Below, piece by piece: positions 27,674 to 38,477 of a DNA stretch of 64,000 nt. A model generated the notes under the pieces. That model did not search any database. It saw nothing but the letters and a program-made list of their open reading frames with translations, and was not told the origin of the DNA. The position numbers and the translations under genes are program-made. How positions within the stretch are numbered: the stretch's first letter is position 1; each line of letters starts with the position of its first letter. Source of the DNA: an uncultured bacterium (GTDB lineage Bacteria; Actinomycetota; Thermoleophilia; Solirubrobacterales; 70-9); assembly GCA_963721645.1 (NCBI GenBank), contig CAVRJK010000002.1, forward strand, positions 1,273,762 through 1,337,761, given 5' to 3'.

Positions 27674-28159
27674 CTACTCGGCCAGGATGGCGTCCATCTG
27701 ACCGACGGCTCCGCGAAGGCCTTCGACCATCCCCATCTCGACCATCTCTTGCATCTGCTCGCGTGACGCGAACGCAGAGGTGAGTGTCATCCGGGTTCCG
27801 CCCTCGAACTCGGTGAGCTCCACCGTCATATCGGAGGTTCCCATCTCATCGTTCGGATTCCCGTCCGCATCGGCGAAGCCGTCGGTCACCTCGAGCGAGC
27901 GTGGCGGGTCGACGGCGTTGACCCGCCACCAGCCACGGTGCCTCTCACCCTCGGGCCCCGTCATGAAGTAGGCGACTTCGCCTCCGGCGCTCAGGTCATG
28001 TTTGTCGAAGGTCGCCGGGTGGGTGGGCGGCCCCCACCAGCGCTCGAGCTTTCGGGGATCCGCCCAGAGCTCCCATACCCGTTCGATCGGTGCGTCGAAG
28101 TCGGCGACGAGCTTCAGGGTCAGTTCGTCGAGGTCCTTTTCGAGGCTTGTAATTGACAT
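27674..28159 (-). CDS. SRPBCC / AHSA1-family protein
   Basis: FDAPIERVWELWADPRKLERWWGP... RBS ggagg before ATG 28159. Typical partner of an ArsR regulator. Confidence 0.8.
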   Translation of the reverse strand: MSITSLEKDLDELTLKLVADFDAPIERVWELWADPRKLERWWGPPTHPATFDKHDLSAGGEVAYFMTGPEGERHRGWWRVNAVDPPRSLEVTDGFADADGNPNDEMGTSDMTVELTEFEGGTRMTLTSAFASREQMQEMVEMGMVEGLRGAVGQMDAILAE

Positions 28160-28170
28160 GGGCGTTCCTC

Positions 28171-28512
28171 CTATTGATTGGGATCTTCGGCCAAGAGGCC
28201 GGTCATTCGGTCGATACGGCCTCGCCACGACTCTTCGAGTTCTTCGAGCGCCCTGCGGGCTGCGTCGAGGCCTGCGGGATTGGTGCGCACGACTTGCTCG
28301 CGGCCTCGTCGCTCTTTGGTGACCAGCCCCGCCCGCTCGAGCACGGCGACGTGCTTCTGGACCGCAGCGAAGCTCATCGGATATCCGTCGGCGAGGCGGG
28401 AGACGGAGAGCCCGGCTACGGCGGAGCGAGCGAGAATATCGCGCCGAGTCGGGTCCGCAAGGGCCTGAAAGGCGAGATCCGGCTTGCGCGTGACCGGTGC
28501 ATCTACAACCAT
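28171..28512 (-). CDS. ArsR/SmtB-family transcriptional regulator
   Basis: FQALADPTRRDILARS...LSVSRLADGYPMSFAAVQKHVAVLERAGLV winged helix-turn-helix. ATG 28512 lies within ORF 28171..28698. Confidence 0.85.
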   Translation of the reverse strand: MVVDAPVTRKPDLAFQALADPTRRDILARSAVAGLSVSRLADGYPMSFAAVQKHVAVLERAGLVTKERRGREQVVRTNPAGLDAARRALEELEESWRGRIDRMTGLLAEDPNQ

Positions 28513-28524
28513 ACGGTTGTAGAT
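28501..28524. promoter_or_regulatory. 10-4-10 perfect AT-rich inverted repeat, candidate ArsR operator
   Basis: atctacaacc-atac-ggttgtagat, centred on the arsR-like start codon. Confidence 0.5.
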
Positions 28525-28528
28525 TACA

Positions 28529-29437
28529 TCATTCCCCTGCGAGAACGACCTGACCGTCGGCGGTGACCCGGTAGCCGGCGATCGGAGCGTCCAGCGTCGT
28601 CTCGCCCTCGTCGGTGATCGTGTATTTACCGAGCACCGAGTCGCGCTCGGTGCCGTCGAAGTACGCGGCGACCACGGCCGAGCGCGAGAGCGGATCATCG
28701 GCGCGGTCTATCGCGGCCAGCGCCGAGGCCATGGCCTCGTATCCGTACGCAGCCCACGGACCCGCATCGCGATCGAACTCCGCACGAAAGCGCTTGAGCA
28801 TCGCCTGACCGGGCGCCGGCAGCGACCTGGGATCGGCGGGCCCCGAGATCAGACCGTTGCCGAGACGCTCAGCGATCTCGTCGTCGGACGGAAGGACCCG
28901 GGCGAAAGTTCTCTCCCCCGTCGCCTGGACGTCCTCAGGCACCGAGTTGTCGAAGGTTTCCTCGACGACAAGGTCAGTCGCTCCCGATCCGGGTGCGACC
29001 TGCAGGATGCCCGCCGAGTTCGTGATCGGGACCGAAGTGCGGCTGGGCGCGGAGTCGAGCTCGCCGATGTAGGCGATCGAGGTCGAGTCTTCTGTCGCCG
29101 CGCGAGCGTTCCGCCCAGCCGAAACCGGGTCCGAGCGGCTCTCGTTCCTCCCCGCAACGTCCAGGTATTCGGCCTTGACTTCGATACCTCCCGCTTCACC
29201 CTCCGCCTCGGCGAGCGCCAGTCGCGCGCCGTCGGCGGCGTCGCGACCCTCGGGTCCCGCGGGCCCGGTCAGCGGTGCGCTGACATAGATAGTGAGCACC
29301 GGATCTCCCTCGGCTTCGGGCTGCCCGCAGCCCGCGAACACGAGCGAAGCCGTGGCCATTACCAGGGCAAACGCCCCGATCACCCCCCTATAGAGGGGTG
29401 CGTCGGACGTTTCGCCTCGGTGGGAGTGGTGGCGCAC
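28529..29437 (-). CDS. Lipoprotein related to type-I periplasmic (Leu/Ile/Val-type) substrate-binding proteins; unusually short
   Basis: Lipobox VFAGC. IYVSAPLTGPAGPEGRDAADGARLAL... and a C-terminal YGYEAM...TITDEGE segment. At about 300 aa it seems to lack part of the central lobe. Confidence 0.55.
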   Translation of the reverse strand: MRHHSHRGETSDAPLYRGVIGAFALVMATASLVFAGCGQPEAEGDPVLTIYVSAPLTGPAGPEGRDAADGARLALAEAEGEAGGIEVKAEYLDVAGRNESRSDPVSAGRNARAATEDSTSIAYIGELDSAPSRTSVPITNSAGILQVAPGSGATDLVVEETFDNSVPEDVQATGERTFARVLPSDDEIAERLGNGLISGPADPRSLPAPGQAMLKRFRAEFDRDAGPWAAYGYEAMASALAAIDRADDPLSRSAVVAAYFDGTERDSVLGKYTITDEGETTLDAPIAGYRVTADGQVVLAGE

Positions 29438-30462
29438 TAGCCGAAGAAGACTTCGGCTTCGCGGTAGAGCTCCGGCGGGACGAGCTTCAGCTCCTTCGTG
29501 GCCTCCGCGAGATCCACCAGCACGATGTCCGTGGCGCGGAGCGCCGTCATCTTCCCCCAGGCGCCGTCGTGCGCCGCGTCGATCGCGTGCAAGCCGAACC
29601 GCGTCGCCAGCACGCGGTCGAAAGCCGTCGGGGTGCCGCCACGCTGGACGTGCCCCAGCACCGTGGCGCGAGCCTCGTGCCCCGTGCGCCGTGCGATCTC
29701 GCCCTCGAGCCAGGTACCGATGCCTCCGAGGCGGGCATGACCAAAGGCGTCAACGGCTGACTCGTCGGCGGCCGGCATGCCCCCCTCCGGCAGCGCGCCC
29801 TCGGAGACGACGATGATCGGCGCGTACTGATCCTGAAAGCGCTGTTCGATGTAGTCGCAGACCCGGTCGATGGAGAACGGCACCTCGGGAATCAAGATCA
29901 CGTTGGCTCCGCCCGACAATCCCGCGTGGAAGGCGATCCATCCCGCGTGACGACCCATCACCTCGACGATCAGGGTGCGCTTGTGGCTTTCAGCGGTCGT
30001 ATGGAGCCGATCGATCGACCCCATCGCGATGTTGACCGCAGTGTCGAATCCGAAGGTGTAGTCCGTGGCGCCCAGGTCGTTGTCGATCGTCTTCGGGACG
30101 CCGACGACGTTGAACCCCTCCTCGGTGAGCCGAGTCGCGACGCCCAGCGTGTCCTCGCCGCCGATCGCGATCAACCCGTCGACGCCGTCGCGCTCGAGCG
30201 TTGCTCGCACGCGCTCGATACCACCTTCCTCCTTCACGGGGTTCGTTCGCGACGAGCCCAGGATCGTCCCGCCGCGGGGGAGGATCCCGCGCACGTCTGC
30301 GATCTCGAGTGGGCGAGAAATCCCCTCGAGGGGCCCCTTCCACCCATCGCGGTAGCCCACGAACTCGTGGCCGTACTCGCCGACGCCCTTGCGGACGATC
30401 GCGCGGATGACCGCGTTGAGGCCGGGACAGTCGCCGCCTCCCGTAAGGACTCCGAGCTTCAC
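29437..30462 (-). CDS. pfkA: 6-phosphofructokinase
   Basis: LGVLTGGGDCPGLNAVIRA, IGGEDTLGVA, PKTIDNDL, MGRHAGWIA. Confidence 0.93.
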   Translation of the reverse strand: MKLGVLTGGGDCPGLNAVIRAIVRKGVGEYGHEFVGYRDGWKGPLEGISRPLEIADVRGILPRGGTILGSSRTNPVKEEGGIERVRATLERDGVDGLIAIGGEDTLGVATRLTEEGFNVVGVPKTIDNDLGATDYTFGFDTAVNIAMGSIDRLHTTAESHKRTLIVEVMGRHAGWIAFHAGLSGGANVILIPEVPFSIDRVCDYIEQRFQDQYAPIIVVSEGALPEGGMPAADESAVDAFGHARLGGIGTWLEGEIARRTGHEARATVLGHVQRGGTPTAFDRVLATRFGLHAIDAAHDGAWGKMTALRATDIVLVDLAEATKELKLVPPELYREAEVFFG

Positions 30463-30518
30463 CGAAGCGATGCTAGAGGCTCAGCCGGTATGCGCCGGCC
30501 AAGTCGCTAGATGGTGCG

Positions 30519-30671
30519 CTAGCGCTTGATCGCCTCGATCATGGGCGTGGCCCAGCGATCGAGAACACCGTTGAGGAGAACGAAGAGGTAGATCATCGTC
30601 GCGATCGAGCCGCCTGCGCCGAATGCATAGGCGGTCACGGCGAGCATGATCCCGACGACGTTGAAAACCAT
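30519..30671 (-). CDS. Possible 50-aa membrane protein (below the ORF-track size cutoff)
   Basis: Own translation: MVFNVVGIMLAVTAYAFGAGGSIATMIYLFVLLNGVLDRWATPMIEAIKR. Two hydrophobic segments. No clear RBS. Confidence 0.3.
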   Translation of the reverse strand: MVFNVVGIMLAVTAYAFGAGGSIATMIYLFVLLNGVLDRWATPMIEAIKR

Positions 30672-30734
30672 GAGGCGCACAGAAGTGGGAGATTATCCGA
30701 CACGGACGTCACTACGGACACCCAGGAGGAATTC

Positions 30735-31022
30735 ATGGCAACACTTCACATCGAGCACGCGATTACCGACCTCGACACCTGGCTCGGGGCCTTCAACCGA
30801 TTCGAGGAGGCTCGGCGCAACGCGGGTGTCCGCAACCAGCGTGTGATGCAACCGACCGACGACGACAAGTACATCGTGGTTCAACTCGACTTCGAAGACA
30901 GCGAGGCTGCGAACGGCTTCAAGGCTTTCCTCGAGACTCGCATCTGGTCCAACCCCGAGGCGTCCCCGGCACTCGAAGGCACGCCGAAAGCCCGGGTTCT
31001 AGAGGCGATCGAGGCGGGATAG
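30735..31022 (+). CDS. Hypothetical small cytoplasmic protein
   Basis: RBS caggaggaattcATG. 95 aa with no motif I can name. Confidence 0.55.
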   Translation: MATLHIEHAITDLDTWLGAFNRFEEARRNAGVRNQRVMQPTDDDKYIVVQLDFEDSEAANGFKAFLETRIWSNPEASPALEGTPKARVLEAIEAG

Positions 31023-31032
31023 CCGAGATTTG

Positions 31033-31848
31033 TCAGTTCGGCTGGTCCGCGGCGATCATTGCGGCACGAGCGCTCGCGATGAATCGGGCGACGCGCTGCG
31101 CAACCTCCGCTGAGCCGGAAGCCTCGGCAACCTCGCGCACGAGACGCGAGCCGATGATCACGCCGTCCGCCACCGCGCCCACTTCCGCAGCCTGCTCGGG
31201 GGTGCCGATGCCAAACCCGACGGCGGCGGGCACGCTCGCATCGGCCTGCACTGCGCGCACGAGGTCCCCCAGTTCCTTGGGCATCTCGTCGCGCTCACCG
31301 GTCGTCCTGGTGTCGGAGACGACGTAGATGAATCCGGAAGCGTCGCGACAGATCTTCTCACGGCGCTCGGGAGGCGTTGTCGGGGCGATCAGCGGAACCA
31401 GAGCGATTCCCGCATCGGCGAGGGCGGTCCGGACTTCGTCTGCCTCTTCTGGGGGCAGGTCGGGGATGATCGTTCCCGCCATGCCGGCGTCTGCCAGCAG
31501 CCCTGCGTAGCGCTTCGCGCCCCGCGCCAGGACCATGTTCGCGTAGACCATCGGAATCACGGGGACGTCAGATGAAACCGATTGGCCGAGCTCGAGAACG
31601 GCGTCGAAGGTCACTCCCGCAGCGAGTGCCTTGGTCGCTGCTGCGTGAATCACAGGGCCGTCCGCGAGCGGGTCTGAGAATGGAACCCCCAGCTCGATCA
31701 GGTCGGCGCCGGCGTCCGCGTAGGCCTCGATCACCGCGCGCGACGTGGGGACGTCGGGGAACCCGCCCATGAGGTAGGGCATGAGCGCTGCACGACCTTC
31801 CTCCCTGGCCGCCGCGAACGCCGCGGCGATCCTTTCGGCGCCGCTCAT
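31033..31848 (-). CDS. trpA: Tryptophan synthase alpha chain
   Basis: [31 protein letters not shown]. Confidence 0.95.
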   Translation of the reverse strand: MSGAERIAAAFAAAREEGRAALMPYLMGGFPDVPTSRAVIEAYADAGADLIELGVPFSDPLADGPVIHAAATKALAAGVTFDAVLELGQSVSSDVPVIPMVYANMVLARGAKRYAGLLADAGMAGTIIPDLPPEEADEVRTALADAGIALVPLIAPTTPPERREKICRDASGFIYVVSDTRTTGERDEMPKELGDLVRAVQADASVPAAVGFGIGTPEQAAEVGAVADGVIIGSRLVREVAEASGSAEVAQRVARFIASARAAMIAADQPN

Positions 31849-33029
31849 CCGTCGAGCTTTGCCAGGCGCTCGGTCGCCTCGGCGAGGTCCTTGTCGCCGC
31901 GGCCGCTGAGAGTCAAAAGGTCGTAACCGTCTGCCGGAGGGTCCTCATCGGCCAATAGCCAGGCAATCGCATGGCTTGACTCGAGCGCGGGGATCAGCCC
32001 TTCCAAGCGGGCGGTCTCACGGAAGGCGAGCACGGCCTGGGTGTCGGTGACCGAGACATAGCGTGCGCGTCCCGTGTCGCGAAGGTGGGCGTGCTGAGGG
32101 CCGACGCCGGGATAGTCGAGCCCGGCCGAGATCGAGTGCGCCTCCAGGATCTGGCCGTCCTCGTCGGCGAGAACGGCCGACAGGGCCCCGTGGAGTACGC
32201 CCGTAGTGCCTGCTGAAAGAGAGGCGCCGTGCTTGCCGGAATCGATTCCCTCTCCCCCGGCCTCGACGCCGATCAGCTCAACGCCCGGGTCGTCGAGAAA
32301 GGCCGTAAAGGTCCCGATGGCGTTCGAGCCGCCGCCCACGCAGGCGATCACGCGCGCGGGTAGCGCGTCTTCGACCTCGAGGATCTGCTCGCGTGCCTCA
32401 TCGCCGATGACCCGCTGAAGGTCGCGCACCAGAGCGGGGTAAGGCGCGGGCCCGGCGGCGGTGCCGAGGATGTAGTGCGTGGACCTCACGTTCGTGACCC
32501 AGTCGCGAATCGCGGCGCTGACTGCCTCCTTGAGCGTCTTGAGGCCGGCTTCGACGGGCTCGACGGTGGCTCCCAGGAGCTTCATCCGCTCGACGTTCGG
32601 GGCTTGGCGGCGCATGTCCTCCGTGCCCATGTAGACCACGCACTCGAGGTCGAGGAGCGCGCAGGCGACGGCAGTCGCGACGCCGTGCTGGCCCGCGCCG
32701 GTCTCGGCGATCACGCGGGGCTTGCCCATCCGCTTGGCCAGGAGCGCCTGGCCGATCGCGTTGTTGATCTTGTGGGCACCCGTGTTGGTGAGGTCCTCGC
32801 GCTTCAAGTAGACCTTTCGCCCCACGCGCTCGGACAGGCGATCGGCGCGGTAAAGAGGCGTCGGGCGTCCGACGAAGTCGCGGAGCAGACGCTGAAGCTC
32901 GGCCTGGAATGCCTCGTCGCTCCGAGCCTCGATCCAAGCGCTCGAGAGCTCGTCGAGGGCCTCCATGAGAACCTCGGGGACGAAGCGTCCACCGTACTCG
33001 CCGAAGCGGCTCTCGAGGACCTCGCTCAC
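31845..33029 (-). CDS. trpB: Tryptophan synthase beta chain
   Basis: [45 protein letters not shown]. Confidence 0.97.
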   Translation of the reverse strand: MSEVLESRFGEYGGRFVPEVLMEALDELSSAWIEARSDEAFQAELQRLLRDFVGRPTPLYRADRLSERVGRKVYLKREDLTNTGAHKINNAIGQALLAKRMGKPRVIAETGAGQHGVATAVACALLDLECVVYMGTEDMRRQAPNVERMKLLGATVEPVEAGLKTLKEAVSAAIRDWVTNVRSTHYILGTAAGPAPYPALVRDLQRVIGDEAREQILEVEDALPARVIACVGGGSNAIGTFTAFLDDPGVELIGVEAGGEGIDSGKHGASLSAGTTGVLHGALSAVLADEDGQILEAHSISAGLDYPGVGPQHAHLRDTGRARYVSVTDTQAVLAFRETARLEGLIPALESSHAIAWLLADEDPPADGYDLLTLSGRGDKDLAEATERLAKLDG

Positions 33030-33898
33030 GAGGGCGCCTCGGCCTGCTCGGAAGCCTCGGCACGCTCGGACTCGTCCTGCGAGGCCTGCTCGACTTCGGC
33101 TTGGGCGGCCTCGTCCTGATCGGCCGCCTCCGCGCGTGCCGCTGCCGCTTCGGCGCGCTCGGCTGCCGCGCGCTCAGCGGCCATCCTGGCGGCCTCCTCT
33201 TCGCGCTCGGCGATGTCCTTCTCCATCGATTCGACGAAGTGATCGGGCTCGTGGAGCGGCGGCGGGCCGGAAGGGCCGCCCGCCTCCTCGGCCGCGGCGT
33301 GGAACGCAGTCATGAGCTCGTGATCCTTGATCCCCGGCGCCGACTCGATGCCGCTCGCCACGTCGACCGCGCCCGGACGGGTCAGATCGATCGCCGCGGC
33401 CACGTTCTCGGCGTTCAGGCCACCGGCGAGGATCATGGGGACATTCGAGCGCCGCCTGCGAAGGAGCTCCCAGTCGATCGTGTGTCCGGTCCCGCCGGGC
33501 ATTCCCTTGCGATAGGCGTCGAGGAGGTGGAAGTTGACGCGAAACGATCGCGCCAGGTCGATATCGGCCGAACTGCGCACCCGGATCGCCTTGATCACCT
33601 TGCACCCGGTCCGGCGCGTCACCTCGTGGCAAAAGGAGAGCCCTTCGCCGCCGTGGAGCTGCACCATCGACAGGTGCTCGTTCTCGACCGCGCGGACGAT
33701 CTCGTCGATCGGCTGATCAACGAAGACTCCGACGATCTCGAGACTGCGTCGTAGCCCGGCACCGATCTCCGCCGCAACCGAGTGGTCGCAGCGCCTGGCG
33801 CTGCCTTCCCAGTGGTTGAGACCGATCGCCCACGCGCCGAGCCTCGCCGCGTGCTCAGCGTCGTCGTACCTCGTTATGCCGCAGAACTTGACCCGCAT
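33026..33898 (-). CDS. trpF: Phosphoribosylanthranilate isomerase with an acidic C-terminal extension of about 88 aa
   Basis: MRVKFCGIT...VQLHG...LLD...GGTG...ILAGGL...DVASGIE, followed by an Ala/Glu-rich tail. The stop overlaps the trpB GTG (GTGA). Confidence 0.9.
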   Translation of the reverse strand: MRVKFCGITRYDDAEHAARLGAWAIGLNHWEGSARRCDHSVAAEIGAGLRRSLEIVGVFVDQPIDEIVRAVENEHLSMVQLHGGEGLSFCHEVTRRTGCKVIKAIRVRSSADIDLARSFRVNFHLLDAYRKGMPGGTGHTIDWELLRRRRSNVPMILAGGLNAENVAAAIDLTRPGAVDVASGIESAPGIKDHELMTAFHAAAEEAGGPSGPPPLHEPDHFVESMEKDIAEREEEAARMAAERAAAERAEAAAARAEAADQDEAAQAEVEQASQDESERAEASEQAEAPS

Positions 33899-33929
33899 CG
33901 TCGGTCAAGGATGCCACGCGGCCTACGCC

Positions 33930-34739
33930 CTACTGAGGTATCTCGTGCTCTCTCGTGAGCATGTCGTCGCCGCAGAGGTCGCGGACGGCCTGCTCGGGAT
34001 CGTCGGAGCCCATGATCGCCTCGCCGATCAGGACGGCGTCGACACCGATTCGCTCGAGCTCCTCGATCTGCTCGCGGTTTGAGTAGCCGGACTCCGCGAC
34101 GACGGTCTTGCCCGCGGGCACGTCCGTAATCAAGGCGTCGGTCGTCGCAAGGTCGACCTTCATGCTCCGCAGGCTTCGGTTGTTGATGCCGATGACGTCC
34201 ACGTCGAGGTCGAGGGCCACCTCGAGGTCTTCCTCGTCGTGAACTTCGACCAGGGTGTCCAGGTCCAGCGAGCGAGCCTCGGCATGGAGGTCGGCCAGGT
34301 GGTTCGGGTCAAGCGCCGCAACGATCAGAAGGACAGCGTCCGCACCGAAAACAGCCGCCTCCAGGAGCTGGTAGGAGTCGACGATGAAGTCCTTGCGGAG
34401 CACCGGCAGTCCCGAACCGGCCCGCGCCGAGAGCAGGTCCTCAACCGCACCCCCGAAGCTCGACGTCTCGGTCACTATCGAAAGCGCTGCTGCACCCCCG
34501 CGCTCATAAGCGCCAACGACCTCGGGGACCTCGGCGCCGGCGCGGATGTCGCCCGCGCTCGGCGAGCGCCGCTTGAACTCGCAGATGACCGAAACGCCCG
34601 GTCGCACAAGCGCTTCCTTGAAGGGGCGATCCTCGGTGCGCGCTTCGAGGCGCGCCCGCAACTCCTCCATTGAAACCGCGCGGCTCCGCTCTGAGACGGA
34701 GCGCCTCGCGGCATCGACCAACTCGTCGAGCCTGCTCAT
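33930..34739 (-). CDS. trpC: Indole-3-glycerol phosphate synthase
   Basis: VICEFKRRSPSAG, LRKDFIVD, IGINNRSL, VVAESG. Confidence 0.95.
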   Translation of the reverse strand: MSRLDELVDAARRSVSERSRAVSMEELRARLEARTEDRPFKEALVRPGVSVICEFKRRSPSAGDIRAGAEVPEVVGAYERGGAAALSIVTETSSFGGAVEDLLSARAGSGLPVLRKDFIVDSYQLLEAAVFGADAVLLIVAALDPNHLADLHAEARSLDLDTLVEVHDEEDLEVALDLDVDVIGINNRSLRSMKVDLATTDALITDVPAGKTVVAESGYSNREQIEELERIGVDAVLIGEAIMGSDDPEQAVRDLCGDDMLTREHEIPQ

Positions 34740-35761
34740 CCGGTTGGGGAGGCTAGCTGGCGAAGCTTGTGCAGGACTCCCTTGGCCGCGCCGCGGTCAA
34801 TCGCCTCCCGCGCCCGATCCATGCCGTCGCCCAGATCCGTGGCGGATCCGCCAGCCAGGATCGCCGCCCCGGCGTTCAGAACGACGATGTCGCGGGCCGG
34901 ACCCTCGTCGCCGTCAAGGACCGACTCGACGACAGCCGCGTTCTCCTCCGGGGAGCCTCCAGCGATCTTCTCCAGGGGCGCTTCGGCGATCCCGACGTCG
35001 GCAGGCGTGACAAACCATTCCGTCGTGGAACCGTCGGCGACCTCGACGACACGTGTGGGGCCCGAGATCGATAGCTCGTCGAGCCCGTCTTCCGCGCTGA
35101 CCACCAGCGCCCGCTCGCAGCCGAGGGCAAGAAGCGCCTCGGCGATCGTCTCCTGATAGCGGCGATCCGAGACGCCGAGGAGCTGGCGGGTGGCGCCCGC
35201 GGGATTGGTGAGCGGACCGAGGAAGTTGAAGATGGTCCGCACGGCGAGCTCCTTGCGAACCGGAACCACGTGCTTCATCGCCGCGTGGTGGCGCGGAGCG
35301 AACATGAACCCGAAGCCGATCTCCGAGATCGAGCGGGAGACGTCGTCGGGCTCGAGCTCGATCGGCACGCCGAGCGCCTCCAGAAGATCGGCGGACCCTG
35401 AGCGACTCGTGTTGGAGCGATTGCCGTGCTTGGCGACAGGGCACCCGGCGCCCGCCGCGACAATCGCTGCGGCGGTCGAGATGTTGAAGGTCGACGGCCC
35501 GCCGCCGGTGCCCGCGGTGTCGACGAGGTCGTCCCGCGAGGTCTCGACCGAGGCTGCGAGACGACGCATCGTCCGGGCGAGGCCCGTGATCTCGGCGACC
35601 GTCTCGCCCTTTGCGCGAAGCGCAACCAGGAAGGCGGCGGTCTGCACCTCCGAGGCCCGTCCCTCCATGACCTCGTCGAGGACGGCTGAGGCGTGGTCGG
35701 CTGTCAGGTGAGTGCCGGAGGCGACCGAGTCGATCGCGCGTGTGAGAACGTCGTTGGGCAT
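34736..35761 (-). CDS. trpD: Anthranilate phosphoribosyltransferase
   Basis: DTAGTGGGPSTFNISTAAA, KHGNRS, NPAG. ATG 35761 preferred, because the 8 codons upstream in the ORF derive from the repeat element. Confidence 0.93.
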   Translation of the reverse strand: MPNDVLTRAIDSVASGTHLTADHASAVLDEVMEGRASEVQTAAFLVALRAKGETVAEITGLARTMRRLAASVETSRDDLVDTAGTGGGPSTFNISTAAAIVAAGAGCPVAKHGNRSNTSRSGSADLLEALGVPIELEPDDVSRSISEIGFGFMFAPRHHAAMKHVVPVRKELAVRTIFNFLGPLTNPAGATRQLLGVSDRRYQETIAEALLALGCERALVVSAEDGLDELSISGPTRVVEVADGSTTEWFVTPADVGIAEAPLEKIAGGSPEENAAVVESVLDGDEGPARDIVVLNAGAAILAGGSATDLGDGMDRAREAIDRGAAKGVLHKLRQLASPTG

Positions 35762-35816
35762 GGCTAGGGGCAGGTTGCCTCGCATTGTGAGGGTTTCATG
35801 AGGGGTCTGACCCCTC
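35762..35816. repeat. Type-1 palindromic element, partial copy (copy D, inverted orientation)
   Basis: gaggggtctgacccctc at 35800-35816. The adjacent spacer reads ctcacaatgcgagg on the minus strand, like copy B. Confidence 0.8.
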
Positions 35817-36368
35817 GAGGAAGTTCGAGAGAAGCCTCTTGCCGTCCGGGGTCAGGATCGACTCCGGGTGGAACTGGACGCCTTCGGCCGGAAGCTCGCG
35901 GTGGCGCACCGCCATGACGACGTCGCCGTAGGTGGCGCTGACCTCGAACTCGTCAGGGAGCTCAGGGTGGGCGATCAGCGAGTGGTAGCGCCCGGCCGCC
36001 ATCGGGCTCTCGAGTCCAGCGAAGATCGTGCGGCCGTCGTGTTCGACCTGGGCGTCCTTGCCGTGAATCGGCTCGCCGACGATCACCTTGCCGCCGAACG
36101 CCTCCACCATCGCTTGATGACCGAGGCAGACGCCCAGCGTAGGAATGCCCGCCTCGGGGAACTCTCGCGACGCCTGAACGGAGATTCCCGCTTCGGCGGG
36201 CGTGCACGGGCCCGGCGAGATCACGACGCGATCGGGCTTTCCGCTGAGAAGCTCGGCGACCTTGGCCTTGTCGTTTCGGACCACCTCGATCTCCGCACCC
36301 AGCTCGCCCAGGTACTGGACGAGGTTGTACGTGAACGAGTCGTAGTTGTCGATGACCAAAGTTCTCAA
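35796..36368 (-). CDS. trpG: Anthranilate synthase component II (glutamine amidotransferase)
   Basis: LVIDNYDSFTYNLVQYL, ISPGPC, GVCLGHQ, VQFHPES. TTG 36368 is the only in-frame start. The terminal EGSDPS* is encoded by repeat copy D. Confidence 0.9.
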   Translation of the reverse strand: MRTLVIDNYDSFTYNLVQYLGELGAEIEVVRNDKAKVAELLSGKPDRVVISPGPCTPAEAGISVQASREFPEAGIPTLGVCLGHQAMVEAFGGKVIVGEPIHGKDAQVEHDGRTIFAGLESPMAAGRYHSLIAHPELPDEFEVSATYGDVVMAVRHRELPAEGVQFHPESILTPDGKRLLSNFLEGSDPS

Positions 36369-36420
36369 GGCAGCGGCCTCAGGTGTGAAAGCGGCATGTG
36401 TCGTCGGGTATCCACGTGGA

Positions 36421-37804
<1,384 letters not shown>

Positions 37805-37821
<17 letters not shown>

Positions 37822-38434
37822 CGAGCACACCGAACACGTCGGCCAGCGAGACGTCACGCGAGCGGAGCAGGACCGACAGGTGGTAGAGAACGTCTGCGGC
37901 CTCGGACGCAACCCGATCGTCCGACTCCTCGCGCGCGGCCCGAGTGACCTCCTCCGCCTCTTCCAGCACCTTCTCGGCAACGAGGCCGGGGTCATCCAGG
38001 AGCTCGACGGTGTAGGAGCCCTCCGGGCGCTCGTCCTGCCGCGACCGAAGCGTCCGCTCGAGCGCTTCCAGCGTCTCGTGGAGACCAGGCTCCGGCGCTT
38101 CACCCGACTCGGCGTCGCGGTAAAAGCATGAGCGCTCCCCCGTGTGGCACGCAGGGCCCGCCGGGACCGCGAGCGCGACCAGGGCGTCCTGGTCACAGTC
38201 CATCCGCAGACCTTTCAAAGCCAGGGTGTTGCCGGAGGTCTCGCCCTTTCGCCACAGCTCCTGGCGCGAGCGGCTCCAGAAGTGGACCTCCCGCGTCTCG
38301 AGCGTGAGGCGCAGAGCTTCCGCGTTCATATAGGCCAGGGTGAGCACCTCGCCGGTGCGCCAGTCCTGCACGACGCACGGGACGAGACCCTTCTCGTCGT
38401 AGCGAATCGCCTGCTCTGATGCCGAATCCGTCAT
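37805..38434 (-). CDS. hisIE: Bifunctional phosphoribosyl-AMP cyclohydrolase / phosphoribosyl-ATP pyrophosphatase
   Basis: LVPCVVQD...TLAYMN...FWSRSR...KGETSGN...DCD...CHTGERSCF (HisI), then SYTVELL...KVLEEAEE...EAADVLYHL (HisE). Confidence 0.92.
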
Positions 38435-38477
38435 CGGGGCATCTTACGTGCGGCCGGCAAGGCACAATGGATGTCGT

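Noticed and set aside
37822-38196. N-terminal 125 codons of ORF 36421..38196 (extended trpE)
   Set aside because: Arg/Ser-rich sequence that overlaps hisIE in another frame. A canonical TrpE N-terminus follows ATG 37821.
38435-38477. trp/his attenuator or leader peptide upstream of hisIE-trpE
   Set aside because: The 43-bp gap is shared with the divergent cydA. It has no Trp/His-rich mini-ORF and no alternative hairpins.
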